Notes under the pieces: model-generated
Told to the model about the DNA's origin: nothing
Seen by the model: the letters and a program-made list of their open reading frames with translations, nothing else
Databases searched by the model: none
Shown: positions 13,152 through 26,052 of the stretch, in pieces
Layout: every line of letters starts with the position of its first letter
Position numbering within the stretch: position 1 is the stretch's first letter
Assembly: GCA_043228905.1 (NCBI GenBank)
Contig: JBHGNT010000016.1
Location: 4,588,001 to 4,652,000 of the forward strand
Direction of reading: 5' to 3'
DNA length: 64,000 nt
Origin: Azolla caroliniana
Lineage: Eukaryota > Plantae > Polypodiophyta
Translations under genes and position numbers: made by a program

Positions 13152-14926
13152 GTTGTGACTGTAGCGTCGTGACAAGGAGTGCGAGCGAACTAACACAACT
13201 ATTGAGATGATATGGGAAGAGTAAGAAAAGAAATAAAGCAATGATGCAAGTGAAACTAAGGTGAGTAGGATTAGAGGTGAACAAGAGTAAAAGAGAAAGA
13301 GAGAATGAGATGAAAGAAGAAGAGAAGAGTGAGGGAGAAAAAAAGAAAAGCTTAAGAAATTTTCATTAGAAAGACCTTGTGCCATAAGACCATACCCTAA
13401 CACCCCCAAACCCCATGTAATTTTTGTCCAATGATAATTACATGTTTTAGTTATGTTTCTCTCTCTCTCTCTCCCTCCCTTTAAATTAGCTTTTAATTTA
13501 GTTTTTAATTAGTATGTTAATCCCCTCGTCTCCCCGATCCCTCTTTTTAATGTTTAAATATGTTTTAAAACTCGTTTTTTAATCTTAATCTTGGACTTAA
13601 TTATGTTTTAATGCTTTAATCTCTCTCTCTCTCTCTCTTAATTAGTTTTTAATTTTGTTTTTAATTAGTATGTTAATCCCCTCGTCTCCCCTCATCTCCC
13701 CAACCCCTTTTTTTGACGGGAACTGATCGTTCCTTATACGCAACGCTCGGCCACAACCGAGCTTAGATTGACACACAGAAAACGGGAAATAGAACACGAC
13801 ACAAAAGAAGAGGAAGATACACAGGAGGTTTACGTGGAAAACCCCAAACTAGGGGAAAAACCACGGCAGCCCACAGGCTGCAAACTGTCACTATGTAAGA
13901 ATGTACAAAACAATGAGTTCACGGAGGCAACGACCTCGAACTCACGATCTTCTCCACAGGCGGCGGTTACAACAGAGGCAACGACCTCTTTCTCTCTCTC
14001 TCTCTATACAACGTTACGTACTGTCTCTTCTTGTTGCACCAACAAGAAAAATGACAACAACTGTTCTACACTTTCTTAGTTTGCCCTAAGTCATATTTAT
14101 ACTAATATGAATTTTTGGCTATTTACAGATATAGCCTCGATGGACTATCAGAAAACATATTTACGAATATGTCTCTTCATCCGGTTCTCCGTAGCCGGGT
14201 ACTCCTCATCCGGTCTTCACCGGGTCTGTATCATCCGGCTCTCCGTAGCCGGGTACTTCTCATCCGGTCTTCACCGGGTCTGTATCATCCGGCTCTCCGT
14301 AGCCGGGTACTCTTCATCCGGTCTTCACCAGGTCTGTATCATCCAGCTCTCCGTAGCCGGGTTCCCCTCATACCGTTTCCCCTCATACCGAGTTTGTTCG
14401 TCGGCACTGTTCTTCTCCCTTCCCATCCAGAGGGACCTGTCTCCCAACATTTTTTAATGTTTAACTATGTTTTTAAACTCATTTTTTATTCTTAATCTTG
14501 GACTTAATTATGTTTTAATGTTTTAATCTCTCTCTCCCCCTCTCCCCCCCACTACCCCCCCTTTACCTTGTTTTAGGTTTATGTTTCTAGTTTTATGATT
14601 ACGTTTTTAACTTCTTCTTTTTTTATTTCGGGTTAGTTTTATGTGTTAATCGTTTTCATTAGTGTATGTTTAGCCTTAGCATGTTAATCCTCTCCCCTGT
14701 CGGTTTTTTAATTATGTTCTTTAATCTTGTATTTATTTATTTATTTATAATCCTAAACTTAATCTCCTATCCCCACTCCTGCCTTCGTCCTCTACACCAA
14801 GCACTTTCACGATTCGGGTGCGCTCCAATCGACCTTGGTGTTCCTCCTCTCCGACATCTTCTCCAACCTCTACCCGCCGATGACCCCCCATTTCGCACTC
14901 CTTGTTCCGACCACAAGGTCTATGAC
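13152..14926. mobile_element. Non-coding insertion in the gag of copia A, possibly a non-autonomous DNA transposon
   Basis: Splits gag between DTY and KKVVATKIYL. Inverted 13-mer ACAAGGAGTGCGA / TCGCACTCCTTGT lies ~20 bp inside each junction. The interior has duplicated AT/CT-rich blocks. Confidence 0.5.
13714..14449 (-). mobile_element. Solo LTR (same family as 26374-27035)
   Basis: TG...CA ends with TTTTT on both sides. High similarity to the reverse complement of 26374-27035, including 54-bp tandem repeats. Confidence 0.85.
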
Positions 14927-15843
14927 CATAAGTGTCCGAAAGTGTCTTCCATAGTTGGAAGTCAGTCGAACACGATTGCACCGTGAAGTACACAGACTCT
15001 GATAGGTGCATCCAAATGGTGTCTTAGATGATTCTGTCAAGATTTTCCCATTCAAGCAACTTGTATCCTTTTGGAGGGTCTTCATTGTCAATGGGGTCAA
15101 TTTGCCCCTTGACTATTAAATAGTCTTGCATCTGCTCCTTCCAGAAGTTGAAGTTCAATCCGTTGAACTTCCTTAGACTCATTTTTGACGACCCGGATGT
15201 TGAAGCCATTTGTGTTGGTCTTACTTAGCTACGAACTATGATGGAGTGTAGCAGCTTGGCTCACTCGATGCCGTTCTAGCCAAACTTGGACACAAGTCAT
15301 GTTGATTACGAATATCAATGGGTCCTGTTCGGAGTGACTATTGTCAACTGACTTAGTTGAGTTGAACCCGGATTTGATGATTCGATTTTTCCAAAATTTC
15401 TCAACACGGATTATATGCAATACTCCAGACCGATCCTGTTTCGGTTAACTGCAGCGATGAGAGGGACGGATCTGACTGGTCCTCCCAAATGTCGTTCAGT
15501 CGAATGAAACACAGATTGGGGTTGCCCCTGGAGTCATGTTTGCTTCAGGTGACTATGACGAGTAGGAGAGAAGCGTTAGATGACCTATTCGATTTCCGCC
15601 TAACCGAGTGAAGCAAGGATTTAGCCTAGTCAAGATAGAAGTCTCACTTCGAGCAGCTACGATCACATAACCAAGAGTGACCTAGAACAATAGAGTGCAG
15701 ACTTCGTCACGTTTCTCTTTGCGTAAACAATCTTGTTGTACTAGGTTGCCTGTTGAGATCAACTAAGATCTTCAAGATACATAAATGAGAGTTGTCGATG
15801 GAGACTAGATAGAAGGTGGCAGCAAAATCAAATAGACGACCAA

Positions 15844-15855
15844 GCTCTGATACCA
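15844..15855 (-). promoter_or_regulatory. Primer-binding site (tRNA-iMet) of copia A
   Basis: TGGTATCAGAGC on the minus strand, 2 nt inside the 5' LTR. Confidence 0.9.
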
Positions 15856-16786
15856 GATGTTGGGAACACCTCCATCTAATGCGGAACAAGATCGACACTC
15901 TTCTTCTATAAGCTCCTACAAGATCATAACATCTATAACAACAAAGGCAAACAATACAACTAGTACACCAAAGAGAGAGAGACAGTTCTACACAATGTAA
16001 AGAGTATATTACAACTTAAAGCAACCAACCCCTAACTGGGTTACAAAGTCAATTTATATACTGACTGACTTAGGGCAACTGCCCTTCTCACTATTTACAT
16101 AAATAGCCTAAGTCTAGTGTGTACAAAAGGAGACAGTGTGAATACCTCCATTAGAAGCGTATTCAACATTGGGTATCCACGTTTTGGGAGGACGAAGTGT
16201 TGTCAGTTTGTGTGTCGAGCTCCCTGTCTCTCTCTCTCTCTCTTTGTCTTGCCTTGTGCCATGTACCAATCAGGAGAAGAAGGTGAAGCCTTTGCTCACG
16301 CAGGAAGCATGTGAGCTCCCGACCAGAGGTTCATCATTCTGTGTATTTTTGTGTGTGCGTGTTTCGAGAGGGCCCAACTCTTATACCGGCGGAATCCGAT
16401 TGTATTCTTCCTTGAGTTTAATCTATTTCGCTTTGTTGTATCCAGTCCCGCTCTTCGTGTGTGTGTGTGCATCTCCATTCTATCTCTGTTTGCTGCTTGT
16501 GTTTACCTGAGTCTTGAGCCGCAGCCTTGTCGCTCGTTATCCAGTGACTGGTTTGGAGCAGACTAATCTCTGAACCCGTGTGATAGTTGTCCGGCATCCC
16601 GAAACCGATCCAGACCGGATACGTGATTGAACACCGATCCTGCGAAGATATCAAGACGACCTTCCTACTCCCACTAGCTTCTTGGTCTGAGACCCCCATG
16701 GTCCCGCCCCATTTCAGCACTTACATGTGACCCATGTAGCCTTCATCATCTAGCCCTGTAAATGCCCATGCATAAATCCCCATTTC

Positions 16787-19700
16787 GGCTAGATGATGAA
16801 GGCTACATGGGTCACATGCAGAACGGAGTCAGGAAGTTTCGGAAAGGAAGTCTGCTCATGGCTCGAGCCCAGAAGATCAACACACCATACCTAATGCATG
16901 CTCGTATATGCCGGGAAGAAGTGAATGTGGCATCCGACAATGCCAATGAGTTGTGGCACAAAAGGTTGTGCCACATGAGCTGGAAAGGGATGCGTAAACT
17001 TGCTAAGGACGCTCATTCTGGAGGTGAAAGATGTGCAGCTTGAGAAGTGCACCGACTGTTTGGCCAACAAACAGAACCGAATCTCTTTTCGAACCTGACC
17101 ACCGATGAGACGAAATGCACCACTAGAGCTTGTGCATACTGATGTATGCCAAGTGGACACGTGGCCACATGCCGGATCACAATAGTTCATGACATTCATA
17201 GACGATCACAACCGGAAGTTGTGGGTCCTACCGCTGAAGAAGGACTAGGTATTATCCGTCTTCAAGGAATTTCACGCAAGAGTGGAAAGAGAAACCAGAC
17301 GGAAGCTAAAGGCGGTTCAAGTGGACAATGGAGGAGAATACCGGGGCTAGTTCGAGGAGTACTGTCGGTTGATGGGAATTCGGCTCGAATTTACTATGTT
17401 GAAGACACCGGAGCTGAACGGATTGGCTGAAAGGATGAACTGAACCGTGATGGAGAGAGTCCGGAGCATGCTGGCACATGCTAAGGTTGTCCAAGACGTT
17501 TTGAGCGGAGGTACCGATGACAACGAGATATATGATAAATAGATCACCCTCAACACCCTTGGACGAAGACACGCCACAGAGAGTATGGACCAGTAAAGAA
17601 GTGTCTTATTGACATGTGAAGGTGTTCAATTTTCTCACCTACATGCATGTAGCAAAGGACAAGACAACGAAATTGGATCTGAAGTCCTGACCATGCATAA
17701 TACGATGATGATGAGTTTGGCTACCGAGTATGGGACTTGGTTGACAAGAAGGTCTTCCGGAGTCAAGACATAGTCTTCATGAAAGACAAGAACATTGCCA
17801 AATGGGAGTCAGAGAAAATGATAGTGGACTCTGGGTCGACCGACAGAGATCGGTCAGAAGATGCTAGGACGCATTCGGTCAGAAGCCGGATGTCAACCGA
17901 AGATCATGATGAACCAGCCGGAGTCAGATAAGAAACTGAACCGACCAAAGAAGACGAAGAATCAGTCACCTGGATCGGACAAGACCCCGAATTGGATTCG
18001 GATGAAGAACAAATGGAGGAACCGGTGGTCAAGAACCAAGGAAGAAGATATTCTCTCAGGGAGAGAAGGGCCTCCCGAAGATTTCCGGTTGTAGAGCATG
18101 TGCTGTTGACAGATGAGGGGGAGCAGGAAAGCTTCGAAGAAGCAAGGAAAGACACCCACAATCGCAAGTGGTTAAGTGCAATGCAGGATGAGATGGATTC
18201 CCTGCATGAGAACCATACATACGAATTGACAGAGTTGCCAAAAGGAAAGAGAGTGCTCCGAAACAAGTGGGTGTACAAGCTGAAACCGCAGAAATCCACT
18301 GAAGTACAAAGCCCGCATTGTGGTGAAGGGCTTTCAGCAAGAAAAGGGAGTTGATTTCGACAAGATCTTTTCCTCGGTAGTCAAGATGACATCCATCCAG
18401 ACTATGTTGAGCATTGCGGCAAGCATGGACCTCGAGGTCGATTAGCTACACGTCAAGACAGAGTTCCTACACGGTGACCTCGAAGAAGAGATCCACATGC
18501 AACAGCCGGAGGGATTTGTCAAGAAAGGGAAGGAGCACCTAATATGCCGGTTGAAGAAGAGCTTATATACAGATTGAAGCAAGCTCCCCGGAAATGGTAC
18601 CGGAAGTTCAACTCCTTCATGACCGACCAAGGATACCACAAGATGCAGCCCGACCACTACGTATTTATGAAGAAGTTTGACTAAGGAGACTTCCTGATGC
18701 TACTTATGTATGTAAATGACATGCTGATTGTCAAACGGGACCGTATCAAAATCGGAATGTTGAAGAAGGATTTGAGACGGTCATTCACAATGAAAGATAT
18801 GGATCCGGCGAGACCGATTTTGGGGATGCACATAATTCACGACCGATCGAAGAAGCAATTGTGGTTGTCATAGGAAAAGTACGCGACAAAGGTGCTCCAA
18901 AGGTTCAGCATGTCGGATGCTAAGCCGGTCAGGTCGACACTTCCGGCAAACTACAAGTTGTCTGGGAAACAAAGCCCAAAGACAAAGACTGAAAAGTACG
19001 AGATGATGAAGGTACGATATGCCTTTGCCGTCGGAAGCTTGATGTACGCAATGGTGTGTACCCGGCGAGATATCGGATGTGCAGACAGAGTGGTCAGCCG
19101 ATTCATGAGAAATCTAGGAAGAGAACACATGACCTTGAGTATGTGCCTCGGATTCGACTCAAGTAAACCCCAACTTGAAGGATTCACGGATTCAGATATG
19201 TCTATTGATGCGGATACCAGCCAAAGCTACATCCGGATATGTCCTGACTTATGCGGGGGAAGCTGTATCGTGGCAGTCGAGGCGTCAGAAGTTCATTGCA
19301 CTGTCGACAACGGAAGCGGAGTACATGGTGGCTGTAGAAGTTGGCAAAGAGGTAATCTTGATGAAGGACTTCATCAGAGAACTAGGGATCCGACAGGAGG
19401 AATTCCGGTTCTACTGCGATAGTCAAAGTGCCATCCACATCGCGAACAACACGGCCTACCACTCTTGGACCAAGCACATCCAGAGGAGATATCACTGGCT
19501 CTAGGAGAAGGTAGAAGATAAATAGTTTTTGCTGACGAAGATCCATACAGAGGAGAAGGGGTCAGACATGCTGACCAAGGTGATGTCAGCCGAGAAATTG
19601 GACGTATGCCGGAGATGGATCGGACTAATGAGACATCCCATGCTGAAGTGAATGGGGAGTTTGTTGGGAAACAGGTTCCTCCGGACTGGATGGATCCGAA

Positions 19701-20165
19701 AGGTATTTGGAAGGAGTCCGGCCAGATCAGGTATGAACCAACACATAGAAACATATTAGTAAATATGTTAAGACGTGACCGTTGAGGTCATATTTGTAAA
19801 TAGCCCCAAAGTTATATAAGTATAAATATAACTAACGCAATACTGTTATGAGGTTGGTTGATCATCATTGTTGTTGTTCTGTTGTATCATTATATAGAGA
19901 GATAGAGAGAAAGAGAGATGCAAAAAGGTCTCTGTTGTAACAGTTGGTTGGCGAAGATAGCGCTCAAGGTCATTGCCTTCGAGTCTCCCATTGTACCTTT
20001 CCTATCATAGTGATAGTTGGAGTCTGTGGGCTCCCTTCGTTATTCCTGGTTAGGGTTTTCCACGTGAACAACCTGCGTAGTCTTATTTCTGTTTTCTATT
20101 TTCTTCCATCGTGTTAGTGAGACTCGGTTGTGGCTGAGCACTATTCCGCAGACTAGATTGATACA
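16787..20165 (+). mobile_element. 5'-truncated degenerate copia element B (Tnt1/Tork-like) with 3' LTR ~19662-20165
   Basis: Motifs LWHKRLCHMS, LELVHTDVC, KWLSAMQDEMDSL, AVSWQSR and TKHIQRRYHW, with many stops and frameshifts. PPT AATGGGGAG precedes TGTTGGG. Confidence 0.85.
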
Positions 20166-20773
20166 AAAAACAAGAACTCAGCCACAATTGAGTTGAATGC
20201 GGAATGGGTACATGCAAATATAGAGAGAAACAGAAATGAAAGTTCACAAGATATTAATGTGGAAAACCCGAAATTTGGTAAAAACCAAAGGTGCCCACAT
20301 ACACCGAACTAATCACTATAAGAGAAAAGTACAACATGACAAACTCACAGGCACCGACTTGAGTTTGTACTGCTCGCCAACAGGCCGTTACAACAGATAT
20401 ACTCTTGGTCTCTTCCTCTCTCACTCTCTCACGCTTCATCTATTCTGTTGCAAAGGCAATGACCTCGCACGCGTTGTACACACAGTTACATAGATATACA
20501 CTCAACTAGACAATGAACAAGAAGACTCTCACCCATAAAGTTTGCCCTAGTTATCTTTATACTTAGATTACTTTTGGGCTATTTACATAACAGGCCTAAA
20601 AAGGCTCGACTCAAAACCTATTTACATTTGTGACTTTTCTAAATACTTATTCTAACTTCGTCCAGTTCCAGGCCGGATCCATCCGATTCGTCTCACATGC
20701 CTCCGGTAGTCGAATGTGTAGCCATTTTCTCTACCCTAAATTTGGCCCATCTGAAGGGAGCTAATTCTCAACA
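20166..20773 (-). mobile_element. Copia-type LTR in opposite orientation, abutting the LTR of element B
   Basis: Reverse-complement LTR motifs (GTGGAAAACCC, TTTATACT, GGGCTATTTAC); ends ...CTCAACA. The left boundary is approximate. Confidence 0.6.
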
Positions 20774-21520
20774 TCTTCGAGTGAGACGAACGCAAACACT
20801 CTCAACCCCAAACCTTAAACCGTCAAGAGGAAAGTAGAAGAAGAAGAAGAAGAGTAAATAAACTGAAACTCTCATGAAGGTGATAAGAAGAAAACCTTAA
20901 AAAACCCAAATATGTTGAGAAGAAGAAGAAGAACTTGCCAAATGAAACCTAAGGGTGCACTCTCAAAACACAATGTCTAACTTGAAATAAGCCCTCTTTT
21001 CCTTTTATAGAAAAAGAGGCGCCTAATTTCGATAATTAATGCTTTTATTCCCTTTATGCTTCGAAAATGCAAAGGGGAATGATCCTTTCACACACATTTG
21101 CAAAGATTCATATCTATACCTAACCACGATGCCCCTAACCACGATGCTATTTACTCTTACTTTTATTAGTTATGCTCGTAATATAAGGGTATTTTTATTA
21201 TTTTAGAAGTAAAGGGTCAAGAAAATATTTGGAAACTTGGGCACGTTTCATGGTGTTTCCCTTGTTTATTTAGCATAATTTCCTTAAATTGAAGAACCCT
21301 TACCATGAATGCCCATAGCTCAGGAGTTGAGGTCGATATGGAAACCCATAAAGTTTACTACAATTTTACTATATTTGTATCTTTAAACAAATAATTATTT
21401 AAAAGGGATGCATGAATTAATCAAATATGGAAGGAAAAAATAGTTCGGGATATTGACTAGTTTCACAAATGTGGTTACTATCAATGACAAAGGTTAGTCA
21501 CATGAGATGGAAGGCCAAGC

Positions 21521-21990
21521 AGTGCATTAGTTGAAGTCTAGGTTGGAAGTAATTTAGGATGTGTTTGCCTTTAAAACATCTGACATAGCATGGCACTCTC
21601 AAGAGGTTGTTTAAGATGCGTCCCCGTTTTTGAAATGGTTGGTCCAACAAGCACCAGCTAACTTTTGATCCAACACAGTGCATTAGTTGAAGTCTAGGTT
21701 GGAAGTAATTTAGGATGTGTTCGCCTTTAAAACATCTGACATAGCATGGCACTCTCAAGAGGTTGTTTAAGATGCGTCCCCGTTTTTGAAATGGTTGGTC
21801 CAACAGGCACCAGCTAACTTTCGATCCAACACAGTGCATTAGTTGAAGTCTAGGTTGGAAGTAATTTAGGATGTGTTCACCTTTAAAACATCTGACATAG
21901 CATGGCACTCTCAGAGAGGTTGTTTAAGATGCGTCCCCGTTTTTGAAATGGTTGGTCCAACAGGCACCAGCTAACTTTCGATCCAACACA
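21521..21990. repeat. 156-bp tandem repeat, 3 near-identical copies, upstream of the host gene
   Basis: GTGCATTAGTTGAAGTCTAGG recurs at 21522, 21678 and 21834. Confidence 0.95.
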
Positions 21991-22543
21991 TACTTCCCAA
22001 AGCCTCGAGTACCATCCTTGTTTTTGTTCTTGTGACCAATGAGATGCCCTCGTATCAATATTTTGAAGAATTGACAACACTGCCTAGGAGGTTCAATTGC
22101 TAGAATTGGTTTTCTTTCCTGTTGATGGATGGAATGCCGTCATATACAAAATAAGACAGAGCCCGATTGTTTGTTATTAAAGACACTGGGACCCAACCAA
22201 GGAGGTATCATCAATGATCATGTGTGTAATGTGAACATATAGTGGGGGCAGAACCGATGGTGCTCTATGAGAGTCATGTCATGACTCATACCCACCACCC
22301 AAATGTTTGTTGGTATGTATGTATGGCATGAATAGTCTTTGTTGGTATGTATGTATGGCATGAATAATGTATGTCGGTGTGTAAGCCATGACATAGGGAA
22401 ATACATCATCGGAAGAAGAAGCATAAAAATGTCATCTCTCTCAGACTCTCTCTCTTTCCCTTTATTGAACAATTTTAAATAAAACACACGCTATAAATAC
22501 ATGTACCCACCCCTCTGTGTTTTCCGTATATATATGAATTGCC

Positions 22544-23833
22544 ATGGCAGCAAGCTCTCTGTTCTACCTTCCTGCTAAATCATTACTCAAACTTGCCACC
22601 CAACCTTCCATAAGATCCATGTCCACCACAACCTCCTCCCATGAAATTTCGCAGCCCATCATCAAGGTGGCTGCCATCGCAGGATCCATCCGTCGTGCTT
22701 CCACTAACCAAGGCTTGATCCGAGCAGGTAACGTTAACCCTAATTCGTGACCTGGTTTTTGTTTAATCCTTGTTATAACAAGCAAGACCTAGAATTAGAG
22801 AAATTCCCCATGGAGAAGTGGGCATATTTCCCACATCGGAAATTACTTTTGTATCTAAGGGTAAAGTGGGCGAATTTGCCACATGAGGAACATGCATACC
22901 AGGGAGTGGGCTTATTTCCCACTTCGGAAACATGCATAGGAGGGGGGAAATGGCCAAATTTCCAAATTTGGAACATGTCTAAATGATACTTCTCTTAATG
23001 AATTCAGCTATCGAGATCTCCAAGGACATCCCAGGTTTGGAGATCGAACAACTTCACATTGATCCATTGCCATTCATAAACACGGATCTTGAGGTCAATG
23101 GACGATTCCCTGAGGCCGTCGAGACATTCCGTGCCAAAGTACTCGAGGCAGATAGTATTCTCTTTGCATCTCCGGAATACAATTACTCCATCTCAGGTGA
23201 TTAAAAATCTAATGGGGATAGGAGAAAATGCCATGCCCAAAAACTTGTTGGATAATTGCCCAGAATGCCCGTCAATTTTCAAAAAGGTCAAGAGTACACC
23301 TCTATAGCACACCATAGCACACCATTCAAAATACTAGTCTAAGAGATGGGTATTCTGGTAAAAAAAGAGAGAGCTGACTTATATAGGTGTACATTTTGGG
23401 TGGTTCTCCTTTCAAAAGTAATCCATCATTTCTCCGGTTTTCACTGAGGAAATGGCTGGTACTTTTATGCCCCTTTAAATACCATGATAGATTTGTTGTC
23501 TACCACTAAAATGTGATCCAACAATGTTTAGGTGTGTTGAAAAACGCTATCGATTGGGCTTCTAGGAGTCCTAATTGTTGGGCGGATAAGCCGGCAGCAA
23601 TAATGAGCGCGGGAGGTGGAATGGGAGGAGGAAGAAGCCAATACCATTTGAGGCAAAGTGGTGTTTTCCTTGACCTTCACTTCTTGAACAAACCCGAACT
23701 TTTCGTTAGGTCATTCGAACCTCCGACGAAGTTTGATTCCGATGGGAATCTAGTGCATGAAGATACCCGAGAAAGAATCAAAGCGCTGTTGTTAGCTTTA
23801 AGAGCTTGGACTCTTCGGCTTCGCTCCCAATGA
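22544..23833 (+). CDS. NQR: NAD(P)H:quinone oxidoreductase / NADPH-dependent FMN reductase; exons 22544-22727, 23008-23196, 23532-23833 (224 aa)
   Basis: Motifs VAAIAGSIRRASTN, LPFINTDLE, ADSILFASPEYNYS, LKNAIDWASR and GGGRSQYHLRQ. Two phase-1 GT-AG introns give a continuous frame. TATAAATA at ~22492. Confidence 0.95.
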
Positions 23834-24919
23834 ATAGAGCAAACCCTTAGCCTTTCGTTGCCATTATACTTGGATTGCAGATCATAATAACACTTTTTGT
23901 TTGTTTCATTTGAATGTTTCTTTCTTGATGATGTATTCAATTTCTATAAAGACCAAAATAAATGCAGGGAGCATTTGTAATTTTTGTAGACCCTCCATTG
24001 CTTTGTAGCAACCATGCCATGATTGATATGGCTTTGATGTGTATTGAGTATTGGTTAGTGCTCCTTTGCTTGTGAGGGTGAAGGCTTGGTATCCCTTATT
24101 ATTGATTATAATTTTATTGGTTTATGTGGATTTGGATTCAATTCGTGGCCAAATGGGTTTTGTGGGAGCACATAGCATTTTGTACCATCTCATTAAAGTT
24201 TGTATGTTCATGGAAGTAAGCAAAGGCTTCTGTTGTTACTCTATGGATTGACTGACGTACAAGTATTTGGCATGGTCCCAACTCCCACTAGAATATCCTT
24301 AAGCTCTAGAACATATTTGAAAATGTATGGAAGACCAACTAGTTCTCCTTGGATACAAAAGCAAAGTAGTCAATGGTTAAGTACACATGGTGGACAGAAT
24401 GTCAAAAACCTTCCCGATTGACATTCTGATGCCTCGTTTCACACACTTTTCTGACAATGTAATGGCATTCCTACATAACTTTGAAGAACAAAAAAGTTGA
24501 AAGGGGCTTCAAGGCATCATGTATATGCTTTATTTTTCTTAATCTCAAGGCATCATGTATATGCAAATTTTCTACATATATTCAATAAGAATCATACATG
24601 ATTGTGGTGTTACGTACATTTTGGGGTAATGCATATGTTGTCCTAATCCAGCTTATGTAGGGTGAGCGAACAACCATGTATGATGATTCCTAAGTGATGG
24701 TTACATCTTGAGGTTTCTTCATAAGATTGGATATTTGATGAGTGGAATATAATGATTGTAATTTGTAAATGGCAAAGCTTTAGGCAAGTAAAATCATTCT
24801 AAACATCCCATTCACAAAAAGATAGTGGACCGCATAAACTAAATTAGGAATGATGGTTGTTGGCCACATACTATTGTATAACAATAAATGTCAAAGAAAC
24901 ACCTTATGCAAAGAACCCT

Positions 24920-25390
24920 TTGGTCAACCTTGTGTCATTACGGAATGAAGACACGTCGAATGTAGTTGTGAAGGGATTCACATGCACCTTTTTAATACTT
25001 TTAATCATCTTCTTAATAAATATATAAAGCATGCTAATAAATATTAATAGATAAAAAGCTCATAACTCTTTTGTCAACCTCGTGTCACTACGGAATGAAG
25101 ACATGTCCAATGTAGTGAAGTTGATGAAGAGAGTCACATGCACCTTTTAAATACTTTTAATCATCTTCTTAATAAATATAAAAAGCATGGTAATAAATAT
25201 TAATAGATAAAAAGTTCATGACCCTTTTGTCAACCTCATGTCACTACAAAATGAAGACATGATGTAGTAAAGTTGATTAAGAGAGTCAGTGACATGCACC
25301 TTTTACCTTTTAAATACTTTTAAATTTTAATCATCTTCTTAATAAATATGTATACAAAGCATGCAAATAAATATTAATAGATAAAAAGTT
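24920..25390. repeat. ~150-bp tandem repeat, 3 diverged copies
   Basis: GTCAACCT..TGTCA..AC..AATGAAGACA and TTTTAATCATCTTCTTAATAAATAT each recur three times. Confidence 0.85.
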
Positions 25391-26052
25391 TAGTTCGATG
25401 TAACACTACATTGTTAATATCTTTGTTCTAAAAGTATAACCCATTACAATATAATTCAAGCAAAAAATTTGGGTTGCAATTTCTCATCATGGAGTACCGT
25501 TTGTTGGCTACAATTATGTATATGCATGTGGCTTTAAAATTAGTATGTTGTTCTATTAATAAGTCTTCATATGAACGACCAAAGATGGCTGATACATATC
25601 ATCAGAAATTTGTGTGGTTTACCAAATACTATTCGGTCAAATCATTCCAAGCAATAACCATGGCATCAATACAAAGGCTAAATCATTTACATACAATCAC
25701 ACAAGCACACACATCTACGGGTTATTTAGATGCAAGCATTGTATTCAATCAATGATTTATGGGTTGCTTTGGCTTGACATGTTAAATGACTTCCTTTCCA
25801 ATAGTCAACAATTGGCGAAAGGCAAAACTTCATTCTGACTGGTCAATTCTATTTTAGTATTGAGAGTTATTTGGGTGCAAACACTTGTTATCAAAGCTCT
25901 CATAAAAAATTGTCCTTTTTCTCCAAAAAAAACTCCCATTAGTTATAAAATTTTACAAATGAGAGTGTTATATACAAATCCCTGTAGGGACGTGATAGTT
26001 CCATCTTGCATGGATGCCCACTGACTCAACAAAAGGGAGAGGACGACCATTG

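Larger units (their letters stand above)
3289..16168 (-). mobile_element. Full-length degenerate copia LTR retrotransposon A (Tnt1/Tork-like) with nested insertions
   Basis: Similar LTRs at 3289-3618 and 15858-16168, near-TSD TTGTG/TTGGG. PBS TGGTATCAGAGC; gag from 15209 (FNGLNFNFWKEQMQDYL; CNYCKKPRHIKADC), then PR, INT, RT and RNase H fragments down to ~3850; PPT at 3619-3625. Confidence 0.9.
3218..16719 (+). mobile_element. Gypsy 3' LTR split into 3218-3288 and 16169-16719 by insertion of copia A
   Basis: Starts TG after the PPT and has a TATAAAAA box at 3258. It resumes after copia A and ends ...TTTCAGCA. The right boundary is inferred. Confidence 0.55.

Noticed and set aside
22800-22975. 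MITE in NQR intron 1
   Set aside because: Short repeated GTGGGC..ATTTCCCAC motifs are present, but I could not define TIRs or a TSD.
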